Of a stretch of 10,252 bases of DNA, positions 1 through 7,994 are shown one piece after another. The translations under genes and the position numbers were made by a program. The stretch lies in IMG/VR virus record IMGVR_UViG_2778261533_000005, positions 1 to 10,252 of that record; one strand, written 5' to 3'. The notes under the pieces are model-generated. The model was not told the DNA's origin. It ran no database searches and was given only the letters and a program-made list of their open reading frames with translations. The stretch comes from a virus. Taxonomy: Duplodnaviria; Heunggongvirae; Uroviricota; Caudoviricetes. Numbering within the stretch: position 1 is the first letter of the stretch; each line of letters begins with the position of its first letter.

Positions 1-390
1 TTACTCTTTTTTCTCCGTATCTACATCGGGTTCATCAGCAAATAGCTTGCCCTGCATCCGATCCAGTTCTTCTTTTCTTACCCGCTTAACCACGCTGTAG
101 ACCCACTGAAGCGAAACACCAAATTTGCGGGCCAGTTCATGGTGGTTACGTCCGTTAAACCCCCTGAAGATTTCCCGGTCGCGCTGACTGACCTTCCATA
201 CCATGCCCATCGGGAAATAAACGTTTTGCCCGCCCCAGACCTGCATCATGCGGTTCGCGACGGCCTGACCAATCTGGTCGGCAATTGCGGGCTCAATATC
301 AATAATCTCGCGAACGGTCTCAGAGGTATGCTGTGCCAGTTCCACCAGGAGTTCCGGCCCTTTACTTCGAAACTGATTCAGGTCGCTCAT
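1..390 (-). CDS. mor: Mor-family transcriptional activator (Mu middle operon regulator-like), 129 aa, complete
   Basis: ATG at 390..388 and TAA at 3..1. The translation has a GGQNVYFPMG motif and a C-terminal FNGRN..ELARKFGVS...VY..VKR helix-turn-helix-like region, recalled as typical of Mu Mor/C activators. Sits directly downstream of, and overlaps, the gemA-like gene as in Mu. Confidence 0.75.
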   Translation of the reverse strand: MSDLNQFRSKGPELLVELAQHTSETVREIIDIEPAIADQIGQAVANRMMQVWGGQNVYFPMGMVWKVSQRDREIFRGFNGRNHHELARKFGVSLQWVYSVVKRVRKEELDRMQGKLFADEPDVDTEKKE

Positions 391-814
391 GTTTTACTCC
401 CGCAGCTCTGCGTTGCCACTTCTTCAGTTTCTCAATAACACTGCTTGCCTGTTCAGTATTGAGCCAGCGCAGGGCGCTGATGCCCGTTTCCCGCTTGATC
501 CACCGCGCTAATGCATTTTCTGAACGGTCACGAACAATGCCGGCAGCAGCCATTTCAAGCCATAGCGCACGGATTTTCCTGGATTGCGGATGGTTATCCA
601 GCGGTAAACCGGAGCTGGCTTTTCCTGCAGGCCTAACGCGAAAGCCTTTCCTTTTCATGGATTCCAGCACGCAGTTTAGTTGTGTGGTATCCATTCCTTT
701 GGTTGAGGCTTTACCGGTCAGCCCCTGTAACATCTGGCGGTAGGTGTCTTCATCCATACCCAGTTCATTACGGGCAATATGAATGAGCTGGATAAGACGT
801 TGTTTAGTCATCAT
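362..814 (-). CDS. gemA: GemA-like regulatory protein (Mu gp16 / DUF1018 family)
   Basis: ORF track gives 362..853. I prefer the tandem ATG ATG at 814..809 because a GAAGGAG Shine-Dalgarno lies about 6 nt upstream and the start overlaps the stop of the upstream small ORF. N-terminal LIQLIHIARNELGMDEDTYRQML..TGK...M....L..VLE.MKRKGF matches the pattern I recall for Mu GemA. Its 3' end overlaps the mor start. Confidence 0.75.
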   Translation of the reverse strand: MMTKQRLIQLIHIARNELGMDEDTYRQMLQGLTGKASTKGMDTTQLNCVLESMKRKGFRVRPAGKASSGLPLDNHPQSRKIRALWLEMAAAGIVRDRSENALARWIKRETGISALRWLNTEQASSVIEKLKKWQRRAAGVKHERPESVSK

Positions 815-1019
815 CGTTGCTCCTTCTGCCTGCATCACCGATATAATCGACATATAAAGGAAGTGCCACAGGCCAGCACAGGAACATCACTGACCAGCTA
901 ATCCAGTAACCGGCACCACTGTAACGTGAATAAAACCCTGAACGGCGGTGCAGTTCAGCAGTACACCAACCGACAAAACAATACCAGAACAGGGCACATA
1001 CAACAGATTCAGTCGTCAT
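804..1019 (-). CDS. small hypothetical membrane protein (about 71 aa, two hydrophobic segments), acidic C-terminus
   Basis: ATG at 1019..1017 inside the longer ORF-track frame 804..1175. Translation MTTESVVCALFWYCFVGWCTAEL...YWISWSVMFLCWPVALPLYV has two predicted hydrophobic helices. Stop TAA at 806..804 overlaps the gemA start codons (ATGATGACTAA). Start choice is uncertain. Confidence 0.4.
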   Translation of the reverse strand: MTTESVVCALFWYCFVGWCTAELHRRSGFYSRYSGAGYWISWSVMFLCWPVALPLYVDYIGDAGRRSNDDD

Positions 1020-1239
1020 TCTGAATATCCCCCCAACTGATATGAATATTACGGGCAGCAATGACAGGGTCTTTATTCCACCATGCACCTGACATGTATT
1101 TTTCAACCTGTTCGCGTCCGGCAATAACACCAATTGTGATCCCCGGCCTGACGTTCTTAAAAAAGGCGCGGGCAAAAAGGTATCTGGCAGATATTCGGCA
1201 GGCTTTTAATTTCCGGCTGTTACCTGATAACGTAATCAT
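1009..1239 (-). CDS. hypothetical small phage protein (76 aa)
   Basis: ATG at 1239..1237 overlaps the stop of the upstream 119-aa ORF (ATGA), and its TGA at 1011..1009 lies 8 nt inside the next ORF. Operon-style coupling is the only support; no family recognised. Confidence 0.4.
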   Translation of the reverse strand: MITLSGNSRKLKACRISARYLFARAFFKNVRPGITIGVIAGREQVEKYMSGAWWNKDPVIAARNIHISWGDIQNDD

Positions 1240-1595
1240 CTGGCCTCCAGTTTCTGCTGTTCCCGCCCACTGACCGGTCGGTGCAGTCTGACGTTCTGCC
1301 CTTCTCGAAACCCCGCATAGCGCGAGGCGTCGCCATTGCGGCTTCTTCCCGGTTTACGCGCCCTGGTGGTTTGCGTCTGCGGGTATTTATGTTCCAGCCA
1401 CTGCTGCATCAGTTCACGTTCGTCATCGGTCAGGGCGAAGGACTGTATTTCACTGATAACGGCCAGCACCCAGCCTTCAGCAAACTGGTCTCCACGGCTG
1501 GTGCGGGTGGTGGTTTTTATTCTTTTGTTCTGTGCACTGATATACTGCTGACGCGCCTTTTTCAGCTGCCGGAGCTGTATCGGGTGCTGTTCCAT
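1236..1595 (-). CDS. hypothetical phage early-region protein (119 aa), first gene of the minus-strand operon in this window
   Basis: ATG at 1595..1593 and TGA at 1238..1236 overlapping the next start. The translation is basic and helical-looking with no low-complexity runs. No family recognised. Confidence 0.45.
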   Translation of the reverse strand: MEQHPIQLRQLKKARQQYISAQNKRIKTTTRTSRGDQFAEGWVLAVISEIQSFALTDDERELMQQWLEHKYPQTQTTRARKPGRSRNGDASRYAGFREGQNVRLHRPVSGREQQKLEAR

Positions 1596-1724
1596 CGCCT
1601 TCCGGGGTGGCGCAGTTCGTCCGTAACGGCGTCAACTATGCGAAACAGGCGCAGTCTGTACTCCAGACCACTATCAGTGCCGTTCGGGTGGCGCAGAAAA
1701 TGAAGGGTAACCGGCGTCAGCGAT

Positions 1725-2822
1725 GTGCTGACGCCGGTATTCACTCTGTGGTATCTGCAGAAAAACATCACCTCTGATATCGCGCCTTATGTCACCCGTG
1801 TGGTCTGGAGCGATAACATCAAAAATGAGTCCGATACCATTGAGGTGGAGCTGGACGACACCGATGGCCGCTGGCTGGATAAGTGGTATCCGGGCAAGGG
1901 TGACACGCTGACGCTGAAAATGGGTTATCAGGGCGAGAAACTGCTGTCCTGCGGTACATTCTCAATAGACGAGATCGAAGTGAGTTCGCCCGCGTCCGTT
2001 GTCGCTATCCGTGGGGTGGCCACCTCGGTTAACAGTGCTCTGCGGACTAAATCCAGCCGTGGTTTTGAGAACACCACGCTGGCAGCTGTTGCGGGGCGGA
2101 TTGCCAGAAAGCACCGGCTGAAACTGGTGGGCAGCATTGAGTCCATCAGAATCGACCGGGTGACCCAGTATGCTGAAACCGACGTGGGTTTTCTGCGCCG
2201 GCTGGCCAGCGAGTATGGTTATGCAGTGAAAGTGGTCAGTGACCAGTTGATTTTTTCTCATCTGGCCACACTGCGCAGTCAGGAGCCGGTCAGGCAGTTA
2301 AAACCGCAGGATGTGGCCTGCTTTTCCCTGCGTGACACCATCAACCGGGTCTATAAATCTGCAAAGGTAAAACACCAGAAAAGCAGCAGTAAAAAACTGA
2401 TCGTCTACGAAGCTGATGGTGGTACCCGTGAAAGCGACAAAAAGCTCAAAGGCGGTAAGGTTACCAGCGCTGACTCACTTAAAGTTAACAGCCGCGTCAG
2501 CGACCCGGACAGTGCCCGGATTAAAGCGGATTCAGCACTGGCCAGACATAACGAATACCAGCAGAACGGCTCCCTGACGCTGACGGGAACGCCTCAACTG
2601 ACAGCAGGCAACAAAATTGAACTGGTGGGCTTTGGACAGTTATCCGGTCCATGGCTGATAATCACTGCCCGCCATGCGTTTGAGCGTAACAGCGGCTACA
2701 CCACAGAGCTGGAAGTGGCACGGGGGCCAGTCACAAGAGGGAAAAAACAAAAAACTCAGAAACTCACGGTTTATCACCCGGATGGCAGTACATCGACGGT
2801 GATTAAGGAGAAGAAAAAATGA
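1725..2822 (+). CDS. baseplate hub protein (P2 gpD / Mu gp44-like, 'late control D' family); start uncertain, possibly 5'-truncated
   Basis: 365-aa ORF whose first in-frame start is GTG at 1725. It contains an ELDDTDG motif and the overall length expected of P2 gpD-type hubs. Its TGA at 2820..2822 overlaps the gpV ATG (ATGA). The nearest in-frame upstream stop is at 1701..1703. Confidence 0.7.
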   Translation: MLTPVFTLWYLQKNITSDIAPYVTRVVWSDNIKNESDTIEVELDDTDGRWLDKWYPGKGDTLTLKMGYQGEKLLSCGTFSIDEIEVSSPASVVAIRGVATSVNSALRTKSSRGFENTTLAAVAGRIARKHRLKLVGSIESIRIDRVTQYAETDVGFLRRLASEYGYAVKVVSDQLIFSHLATLRSQEPVRQLKPQDVACFSLRDTINRVYKSAKVKHQKSSSKKLIVYEADGGTRESDKKLKGGKVTSADSLKVNSRVSDPDSARIKADSALARHNEYQQNGSLTLTGTPQLTAGNKIELVGFGQLSGPWLIITARHAFERNSGYTTELEVARGPVTRGKKQKTQKLTVYHPDGSTSTVIKEKKK

Positions 2823-3346
2823 CTGGTGTCACCCGTCAGATCGGTACGGTCAGTGCCGTTGATGCCGACAGGGTTCAGGCCCGCGTTCGTCTGCCTGAAT
2901 GCGATAATCTGCGCACAAACTGGCTTAACGTGCTACAGCGCAATACCCAGGATAACAAGGATTACTGGCTCCCTGACGTGGGGGAGCAGGTTGAGGTGCT
3001 GCTCGATGCCAACGGCGAGGATGGTGTTATTCTGGGCGCGGTGTACTCAGACGTCGATAAACCGCCGTTCAGTGATAAAAACGTCCGGGGTACGAAATAC
3101 GCTGATGGCGCGGAGTTCAGTTATAACCGCGCGACCCATACGCTGACGGTCAGAGGAGGTATTGAGCGTATCGTGGTGGAGGTTGCCGCTGATATCTCTC
3201 TCAAAGGGAAAAACCTCGACCTCACGGGAGTTACCACGATCAACGGCCCCGCGACACTCAATGGTGATCTGGAAATCAACGGAAGCGCCCATGCAACGGG
3301 TAACATATTTGCTGATGGTCAGAACTCTAATCACCATTCCCATTGA
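2819..3346 (+). CDS. baseplate spike / assembly protein V (P2 gpV, Mu gp45-like)
   Basis: ATG at 2819 preceded by AAGGAG at 2805..2810. 175 aa with an N-terminal OB-fold-like region and a C-terminal repetitive beta-rich region (TLTV..., LDLTGVTTINGPATLNGDLEINGSAHATGNI) typical of gpV spikes. Position between hub and gpW fits. Confidence 0.85.
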   Translation: MTGVTRQIGTVSAVDADRVQARVRLPECDNLRTNWLNVLQRNTQDNKDYWLPDVGEQVEVLLDANGEDGVILGAVYSDVDKPPFSDKNVRGTKYADGAEFSYNRATHTLTVRGGIERIVVEVAADISLKGKNLDLTGVTTINGPATLNGDLEINGSAHATGNIFADGQNSNHHSH

Positions 3347-3402
3347 ACCTTCTTAAACGCCTTTAATATCGGCGCTTACTTCCCGGGGGCAATACTGCCT
3401 CC

Positions 3403-3750
3403 ATGAAAACGACCTCAGTATTCTGGCAACCAGCTCTGCAGGCTCCCGGCGAAATCGTCCGGGGGCTGGATGATATCCGGCAGTCCATCCAGATCATCCT
3501 GCGGACTCCCCGCGGCAGCGACCCGCATCGCCCGGAGTTCGGCAGCAATCTGCACCTTTATATCGACTGGCCTGTCGACCGGGCCATTCCGCATGTGGTT
3601 CGCGAATCCGTCGATGCCATCAGGCGCTGGGAACCCCGCTGCCAGCTTATGTCGGTTAAACCCGCCGTCGACGGCGAACATCTTACGCTCCGGGTGAGCT
3701 GGAAAGGCTCAGACGGACAACCCCGTACTCAGGAACTGCTATGGCGCTGA
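3403..3750 (+). CDS. baseplate wedge protein W (P2 gpW / T4 gp25-like)
   Basis: ATG at 3403. 115 aa, the size and position expected for gpW/gp25 family, with the IRQSIQIIL.T..G....P.FGS.L motif characteristic of that fold. Stop TGA 3748..3750 overlaps the gpJ start. Confidence 0.85.
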   Translation: MKTTSVFWQPALQAPGEIVRGLDDIRQSIQIILRTPRGSDPHRPEFGSNLHLYIDWPVDRAIPHVVRESVDAIRRWEPRCQLMSVKPAVDGEHLTLRVSWKGSDGQPRTQELLWR

Positions 3751-4844
3751 CAGAACCCGATTTTATTGAACGCGATGCCGATAAAATCACGGCAGAAATG
3801 ATTGCGAAGTATGAAGCGGATACCGGAAAAACGCTGTACCCGGCACAGGCTGAACGTCTGCTGATTGACCTGTGGGCCTATCGCGAAATGCTGGTCAGGG
3901 TGGCAGTACAGGAGGCGGCGAAGCAGAATCTGGTCGCTTTTTCCCGTGAGCCGATGATTGATTACCTCGGTGAACTGGTCGGTGTATACCGCCTTGCCGC
4001 GCAGCCTGCCACCACCACACTTCAGTTCTCTGTGGATGAGGCACTGGCCATTGATGTGCTGATCCCGGCAGGCACCCGCGTCAGCGCTTCCGACAGTATT
4101 ATTTTTGCCACCGATACAGACGTGGTGCTGAAGGCCGGATTGCTGCTGGTCAATGTCACGGCCACCTGTACCGAGCCGGGTACCGCTGGCAACGGCTGGC
4201 AACCGGCGCAGGTCAGTCAGTTACTCGATGAGATTGATAACATTGACCTGCTGGTGACCAATCTGACGGCCAGCTCTGGCGGTTCAGAGCAGGAAGACGA
4301 TGACCGGCTCCGGGAGCGTATCAGGCTGGCCCCGGAGTCATTCACCAATGCCGGAAGCCGTGGTGCATACCGTTTTCATGCTATGGGGGCGCATCCCGGC
4401 ATTGTCGACGTTGCTGTTCTTTCTCCCGTTCCCGGCACTGTCGAGCTGTATCCGCTGCTCAGCACTGGTCTGCCGGACAGCAGTATCCTCACTCTGGTAG
4501 AGAGTTTCTGTTCTGACGAAAAAGTCAGACCACTCACTGATACCGTGCGGGCTAAAACACCTGTTCAGGTGGATTACACCATTGAAGCCAGGATTACGAT
4601 CTATCGTGATCAGGATGCAAGGTTGGTAAAGGACAACGCTAACAGCGCCATACAGAACTGGGTGGCATCCCGTACCGCCACGCTGGGGCGCGATATTGTT
4701 CCCAGCCAGATTATCAGCGTGTTGTCCGTTTCCGGGGTGTACCAGGTCGAACTGGTGACACCGGCACTGAGGGTGGTGGCAGAAAACGAATGGGCAAACT
4801 GTACGGCGATCACTCTTAACATGACCGGGGTGTCCGATGGCTGA
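3741..4844 (+). CDS. baseplate protein J (P2 gpJ / Mu gp47 / T4 gp6-like)
   Basis: ATG at 3741 with AGGAA upstream. 367 aa, located between gpW and gpI; the sequence character is typical of Baseplate_J family. Stop overlaps the gpI ATG at 4837. Confidence 0.85.
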   Translation: MALTEPDFIERDADKITAEMIAKYEADTGKTLYPAQAERLLIDLWAYREMLVRVAVQEAAKQNLVAFSREPMIDYLGELVGVYRLAAQPATTTLQFSVDEALAIDVLIPAGTRVSASDSIIFATDTDVVLKAGLLLVNVTATCTEPGTAGNGWQPAQVSQLLDEIDNIDLLVTNLTASSGGSEQEDDDRLRERIRLAPESFTNAGSRGAYRFHAMGAHPGIVDVAVLSPVPGTVELYPLLSTGLPDSSILTLVESFCSDEKVRPLTDTVRAKTPVQVDYTIEARITIYRDQDARLVKDNANSAIQNWVASRTATLGRDIVPSQIISVLSVSGVYQVELVTPALRVVAENEWANCTAITLNMTGVSDG

Positions 4845-5415
4845 GGTGCTACAACTCCCGCCACCGCTTGAGGGTGATATCAGTCTCAGAACGCTGGGAA
4901 GACTGGCCGGACGGCTGGATAACATCGACCTGAGCGTACTGATGGTCGGTCTCGTCGATATTGTCGACAGTTCCGCGCTGCCATGGCTTGGCGAGCAGTT
5001 CTCGCTGTTCGGCGATGGCTGGGAACTGGCGGAATCGGACGATGTACGCCGCATGCTTATCAAATCCGCTATCGAGCTACACCGCTATAAAGGAACACCG
5101 TGGTCAATCCGGGAAATTATCCGCCGTTTTGGCTTCGGCGAAGTGGATCTGATTGAAGGTACGGGGCAGATTGGCTATGACGGCAGACACACGTACAACG
5201 GGCTTTTCGTCCATGGTGATGCACAAGCCTGGGCAGTCTATCGCGTCATCCTTCAACAACCCATCACTAACGATCAGGCGGCGCTGTTACGTCAGACGCT
5301 TGCTGCCTTTGCTCCGGCTCGCTGTCATCTGGCAAGTCTGGAATATCAGTCTGTCGCCATTCGATACAACAGTACTACCCGTTATGACGGTAGTTACAAC
5401 CACGGGAGCAGTTAA
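4837..5415 (+). CDS. tail/baseplate protein I (P2 gpI / Mu gp48-like, e14 YmfQ-like)
   Basis: ATG at 4837 overlapping the gpJ stop. 192 aa, immediately upstream of the tail-fibre gene as gpI is in P2 and Mu. Confidence 0.8.
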   Translation: MAEVLQLPPPLEGDISLRTLGRLAGRLDNIDLSVLMVGLVDIVDSSALPWLGEQFSLFGDGWELAESDDVRRMLIKSAIELHRYKGTPWSIREIIRRFGFGEVDLIEGTGQIGYDGRHTYNGLFVHGDAQAWAVYRVILQQPITNDQAALLRQTLAAFAPARCHLASLEYQSVAIRYNSTTRYDGSYNHGSS

Positions 5416-5417
5416 TT

Positions 5418-6371
5418 ATGGCAAATCTACCCGAAACCCCGCAGTGGGAAAGCGGCATCTACCAGATTGAGGTCTCTGACCCCGTTCTGGGCGGACCTGA
5501 CGGAATTTCTAACCGCCAGGCTAAACAACTGGCCAGCCGAACGTCATACCTCAAACAGAAGGTCGAAAAAAGCGGAACAGACCTGGCTGCACATATCGCG
5601 GCAGTTGACCCGCATACCCAGTACGCGACGAAAGCCAGTCCGACATTCACCGGCACACCAACAGCACCTACACCTGCAAATGGTGATAACAGCAAAAAGC
5701 TGGCGACGACGGAGTTTGTGGCCAAAGCACTTGCGGCACTTGCAGGCAGCGCCCCTGAGACACTGGATACGCTTAAAGAGCTGGCTGACGCTCTCGGTAA
5801 TGATCCAAACTTTGCGACTACGGTACTGAACAAGCTGGCGGAAAAGCTGGCTAAAGACCAGAACGGCGCAGATATTCCTGAGCCTGCGCTGTTTGTCAAA
5901 AACCTTGGTTTGGGGGAAGGCTCTGCACTACCTGTTGGTGTGCCTGTTCCATGGCCGTCAGCCACACCGCCAACAGGGTGGCTGAAATGTAACGGTGCAG
6001 CATTTTCTTCTGAAATGTACCCCAATCTGGCAAAGGCTTACCCCACGAATAAATTACCGGATTTACGGGGCGAATTTATCCGTGGCTGGGATGACGGACG
6101 AGGTATTGATGCAGGACGAGAGATACTTTCATTTCAGGAAGGCACTATCGTCTCCGGTTTTGATGATAATGATACTGGGGATATCAGTTCACTTAGCTCA
6201 ACACAATACGGATTTGGTGACACTCTAACCTCTAATCAATGGGGGGCCATAAATGGCAAAAAGTGGATATTTGATGCATCCAGTAAAGGTGCACAAAAAT
6301 ATGACTGGTGGGCTTATGTATCAGCTCGTCCGCGTAATATTGCATTTAATTACATCGTAAGAGCGGCATAG
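5418..6371 (+). CDS. tail fibre protein: constant N-terminal part (about residues 1-163) fused to the currently expressed variable C-terminal cassette 1
   Basis: ATG at 5418 with GGGAG at 5404..5408. The N-terminal region contains the side-tail-fibre motif SPTFTGTPTAPTP...ATTEFV...LDTLKELADALGNDPNF. The C-terminal region from about residue 164 is a tail-collar-type domain (PVGVPVPWP....GWLKCNGAAFS...YP.L...LPDLRGEFIRGWD) ending in ARPRNIAFNYIVRAA. The crossover site lies in-frame at 5893..5918. Confidence 0.9.
   Translation: MANLPETPQWESGIYQIEVSDPVLGGPDGISNRQAKQLASRTSYLKQKVEKSGTDLAAHIAAVDPHTQYATKASPTFTGTPTAPTPANGDNSKKLATTEFVAKALAALAGSAPETLDTLKELADALGNDPNFATTVLNKLAEKLAKDQNGADIPEPALFVKNLGLGEGSALPVGVPVPWPSATPPTGWLKCNGAAFSSEMYPNLAKAYPTNKLPDLRGEFIRGWDDGRGIDAGREILSFQEGTIVSGFDDNDTGDISSLSSTQYGFGDTLTSNQWGAINGKKWIFDASSKGAQKYDWWAYVSARPRNIAFNYIVRAA
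5893..5918 (+). other. 26-bp recombination crossover site 1 (gix/hix/pix-like), at the constant/variable boundary of the expressed fibre gene
   Basis: TTGTCAAAAACC-TT-GGTTTGGGGGAA: two 12-bp half-sites matching 8 of 12 positions as an inverted repeat around a TT core. The left half closely resembles the TT.TC.AAAACC left half I recall for Hin/Gin sites. The 14 bp from the core onward recur at the 5' end of every cassette. Confidence 0.7.
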
Positions 6372-6390
6372 AAACGTTGGTTTGGGGGAA
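6365..6390 (+). other. crossover site 2 (direct orientation), 5' end of cassette 2
   Basis: GGCATAGAAACG-TT-GGTTTGGGGGAA. The right half and TT core are identical to site 1. The left half is supplied by the conserved 3' end of cassette 1 and contains its TAG stop. Confidence 0.65.
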
Positions 6391-6915
6391 GGCTCGGCGC
6401 TGCCCGTTGGTGTCCCCGTTCCGTGGCCCTCAGCCACACTGCCAGCAGGGTGGCTGAAATGTAACGGCGCAGCATTTTCTTCTGAAATGTACCCCAATCT
6501 GGCAAAGGCTTATCCTACAAATAAACTACCGGATCTACGGGGTGAGTTTATCCGTGGCTGGGATGACGGACGTGGCGTGGATGCGGGGCGAGCCTTGCTA
6601 AGTCTTCAGGATGACTCTTTTGAAGCGCACAGGCATGAGTCATTTTTTTATGCGGGTATTTCACGCAATGAAATCCCATTAAAAAATCTTCCAAGTTCAG
6701 ACGAGATGCTGACTTTAAGTTCCACAACTAATGCCTTGTCACCGGACGGTATTGATGCCACCAATTCGTTAATTGGTAATGACGATTACAACTGTCTTAT
6801 CGAAGGGAATAAAAATAACAAACGAACAGCAACGGGTCTAAGTACCAGTATTGTCGGCGCAGCAGAAACCCGCCCCCGTAACATTGCGTTTAATTACATC
6901 GTAAGGGCGGCATAG
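6382..6915 (+). CDS. silent alternative tail-fibre C-terminal cassette 2 (collar-type domain, no own start or RBS)
   Basis: The frame is open from the crossover core (6379) to TAG at 6913..6915. The track's M is the TTG inside the site. The N-terminal 70 aa are near-identical to cassette 1, followed by a unique about 90-aa core and the conserved ETRPRNIAFNYIVRAA end. It would be in frame with the constant region if joined at the core. Confidence 0.75.
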   Translation: MGEGSALPVGVPVPWPSATLPAGWLKCNGAAFSSEMYPNLAKAYPTNKLPDLRGEFIRGWDDGRGVDAGRALLSLQDDSFEAHRHESFFYAGISRNEIPLKNLPSSDEMLTLSSTTNALSPDGIDATNSLIGNDDYNCLIEGNKNNKRTATGLSTSIVGAAETRPRNIAFNYIVRAA

Positions 6916-6934
6916 AAACGTTGGTTTGGGGGAA
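6909..6934 (+). other. crossover site 3 (direct orientation), 5' end of cassette 3
   Basis: GGCATAGAAACG-TT-GGTTTGGGGGAA, identical to site 2. Confidence 0.65.
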
Positions 6935-7393
6935 GGCTCGGCGCTGCCCGTTGGTGTGCCTGTTCCGTGGCCCTCAGCCACACCACCAACGGGCTGGCTG
7001 AAATGTAACGGTGCAGCATTTTCTTCTGAAATGTATCCCAAACTGGCAAAAGCTTACCCCACCAATAAATTACCGGATTTACGGGGTGAATTTATTCGTG
7101 GCTGGGATGATGGGCGGGGAATTGATAATAGACGCAACCTACTGTCTGCACAGTCTGACACTATTCAGAATATAGTTGGCACTTTTGGACGAACTCAGCT
7201 TTTTAAAGATGCTTTAAATTCAGGGCCATTTAGTCAAACTGACTCTATATTATCAGTAGGCTTGCAACCAACTGAGAGTATTGAAGGATATGGCGCCTCT
7301 GTATGGACATTCGACGCCTCTCGCTCAGTTCGCACAGCATCTGAAACACGTCCTCGTAACATTGCGTTTAATTACATCGTAAGGGCGGCATAG
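6926..7393 (+). CDS. silent alternative tail-fibre C-terminal cassette 3
   Basis: Same architecture: conserved collar N-terminus, unique core, ETRPRNIAFNYIVRAA, TAG at 7391..7393. No ATG or Shine-Dalgarno. Confidence 0.75.
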   Translation: MGEGSALPVGVPVPWPSATPPTGWLKCNGAAFSSEMYPKLAKAYPTNKLPDLRGEFIRGWDDGRGIDNRRNLLSAQSDTIQNIVGTFGRTQLFKDALNSGPFSQTDSILSVGLQPTESIEGYGASVWTFDASRSVRTASETRPRNIAFNYIVRAA

Positions 7394-7412
7394 AAACGTT
7401 GGTTTGGGGGAA
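7387..7412 (+). other. crossover site 4 (direct orientation), 5' end of cassette 4
   Basis: GGCATAGAAACG-TT-GGTTTGGGGGAA. Confidence 0.65.
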
Positions 7413-7994
7413 GGCTCTGCACTGCCTGTTGGTGTGCCTGTTCCATGGCCGTCAGCCACACCGCCAGAGGGATGGCTGAAATGCAACGGCGCAGCATTTT
7501 CTTCTGAAATGTACCCCAATCTGGCACAGGCTTACCCCACGAATAAATTACCGGATTTACGCGGTGAATTTATCCGTGGCTGGGATGACGGACGTGGCGT
7601 GGATGCGTGGCGAACATTACTGAGTGCTCAGGATTTTGCGTTTGAAGATCATGCTCTGGGGCTACCTACCAATCAGGGATATGCAGGTATTGAGAAAGGT
7701 AGCACTGAAAATGATGTTTATGCCGCTTTCTCTGATGGCATGCACTATACAGGGAATGTAACCAGTAGCGGTCAATGGGATGATTATTCTCAGTCAAAAA
7801 TTTATATCCGTAGTGATGGTAAGCCTGTCGGAAATAATATTGAGTTAGCTAACTCAAGTGAGGCTTTGCGTTCTTCTTTGCGTACTTATAGAGCCAGTAC
7901 AGGATGGTATAACCCAGGACTAAACAAACCTAAAACAGCTACAGAAACACGTCCGCGCAACGTTGCTTTTAATTACATCGTAAGAGCCGCATGA
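7404..7994 (+). CDS. silent alternative tail-fibre C-terminal cassette 4 (largest, 196 codons)
   Basis: Conserved collar N-terminus, unique about 115-aa core, ETRPRNVAFNYIVRAA, TGA at 7992..7994. Confidence 0.75.
   Translation: MGEGSALPVGVPVPWPSATPPEGWLKCNGAAFSSEMYPNLAQAYPTNKLPDLRGEFIRGWDDGRGVDAWRTLLSAQDFAFEDHALGLPTNQGYAGIEKGSTENDVYAAFSDGMHYTGNVTSSGQWDDYSQSKIYIRSDGKPVGNNIELANSSEALRSSLRTYRASTGWYNPGLNKPKTATETRPRNVAFNYIVRAA

Noticed and set aside
814-853. Longer gemA start at 853 as given in the ORF track
   Set aside because: The extension (MSIISVMQAEGAT) overlaps the upstream ORF's C-terminus, and the ATG ATG at 814 has a GAAGGAG ribosome-binding site. The downstream start is more plausible but not proven.
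1281-1703. Plus-strand 140-aa ORF, and the 71-aa ORF at 1336..1551
   Set aside because: They are antisense to the coupled minus-strand operon, and the translation is Arg/Ser/Gly-rich and low in complexity. Kept only as a possible remnant relevant to the hub-gene 5' end.
3347-3402. Intergenic gap between gpV and gpW as a possible regulatory element or terminator
   Set aside because: No convincing stem-loop followed by a T-run and no clear promoter hexamers. The gap is short, so gpW is probably read through from upstream.
4338-5063. 241-aa minus-strand ORF antisense to gpJ and gpI (with 3729..4202 and 4610..4864)
   Set aside because: Ser/Pro/Cys-rich translation and complete overlap with well-supported baseplate genes; typical antisense artefact of GC-rich coding sequence.
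5459-6025. Recurrent minus-strand ORFs beginning MGYISEENAAPLHFSHPVGGVA (also 6838..7041, 7325..7519, 7920..8120)
   Set aside because: They are the antisense reading of the conserved cassette heads and crossover sites. They recur only because the sense sequence is repeated, have no start context, and sit wholly inside better-supported plus-strand coding sequence.
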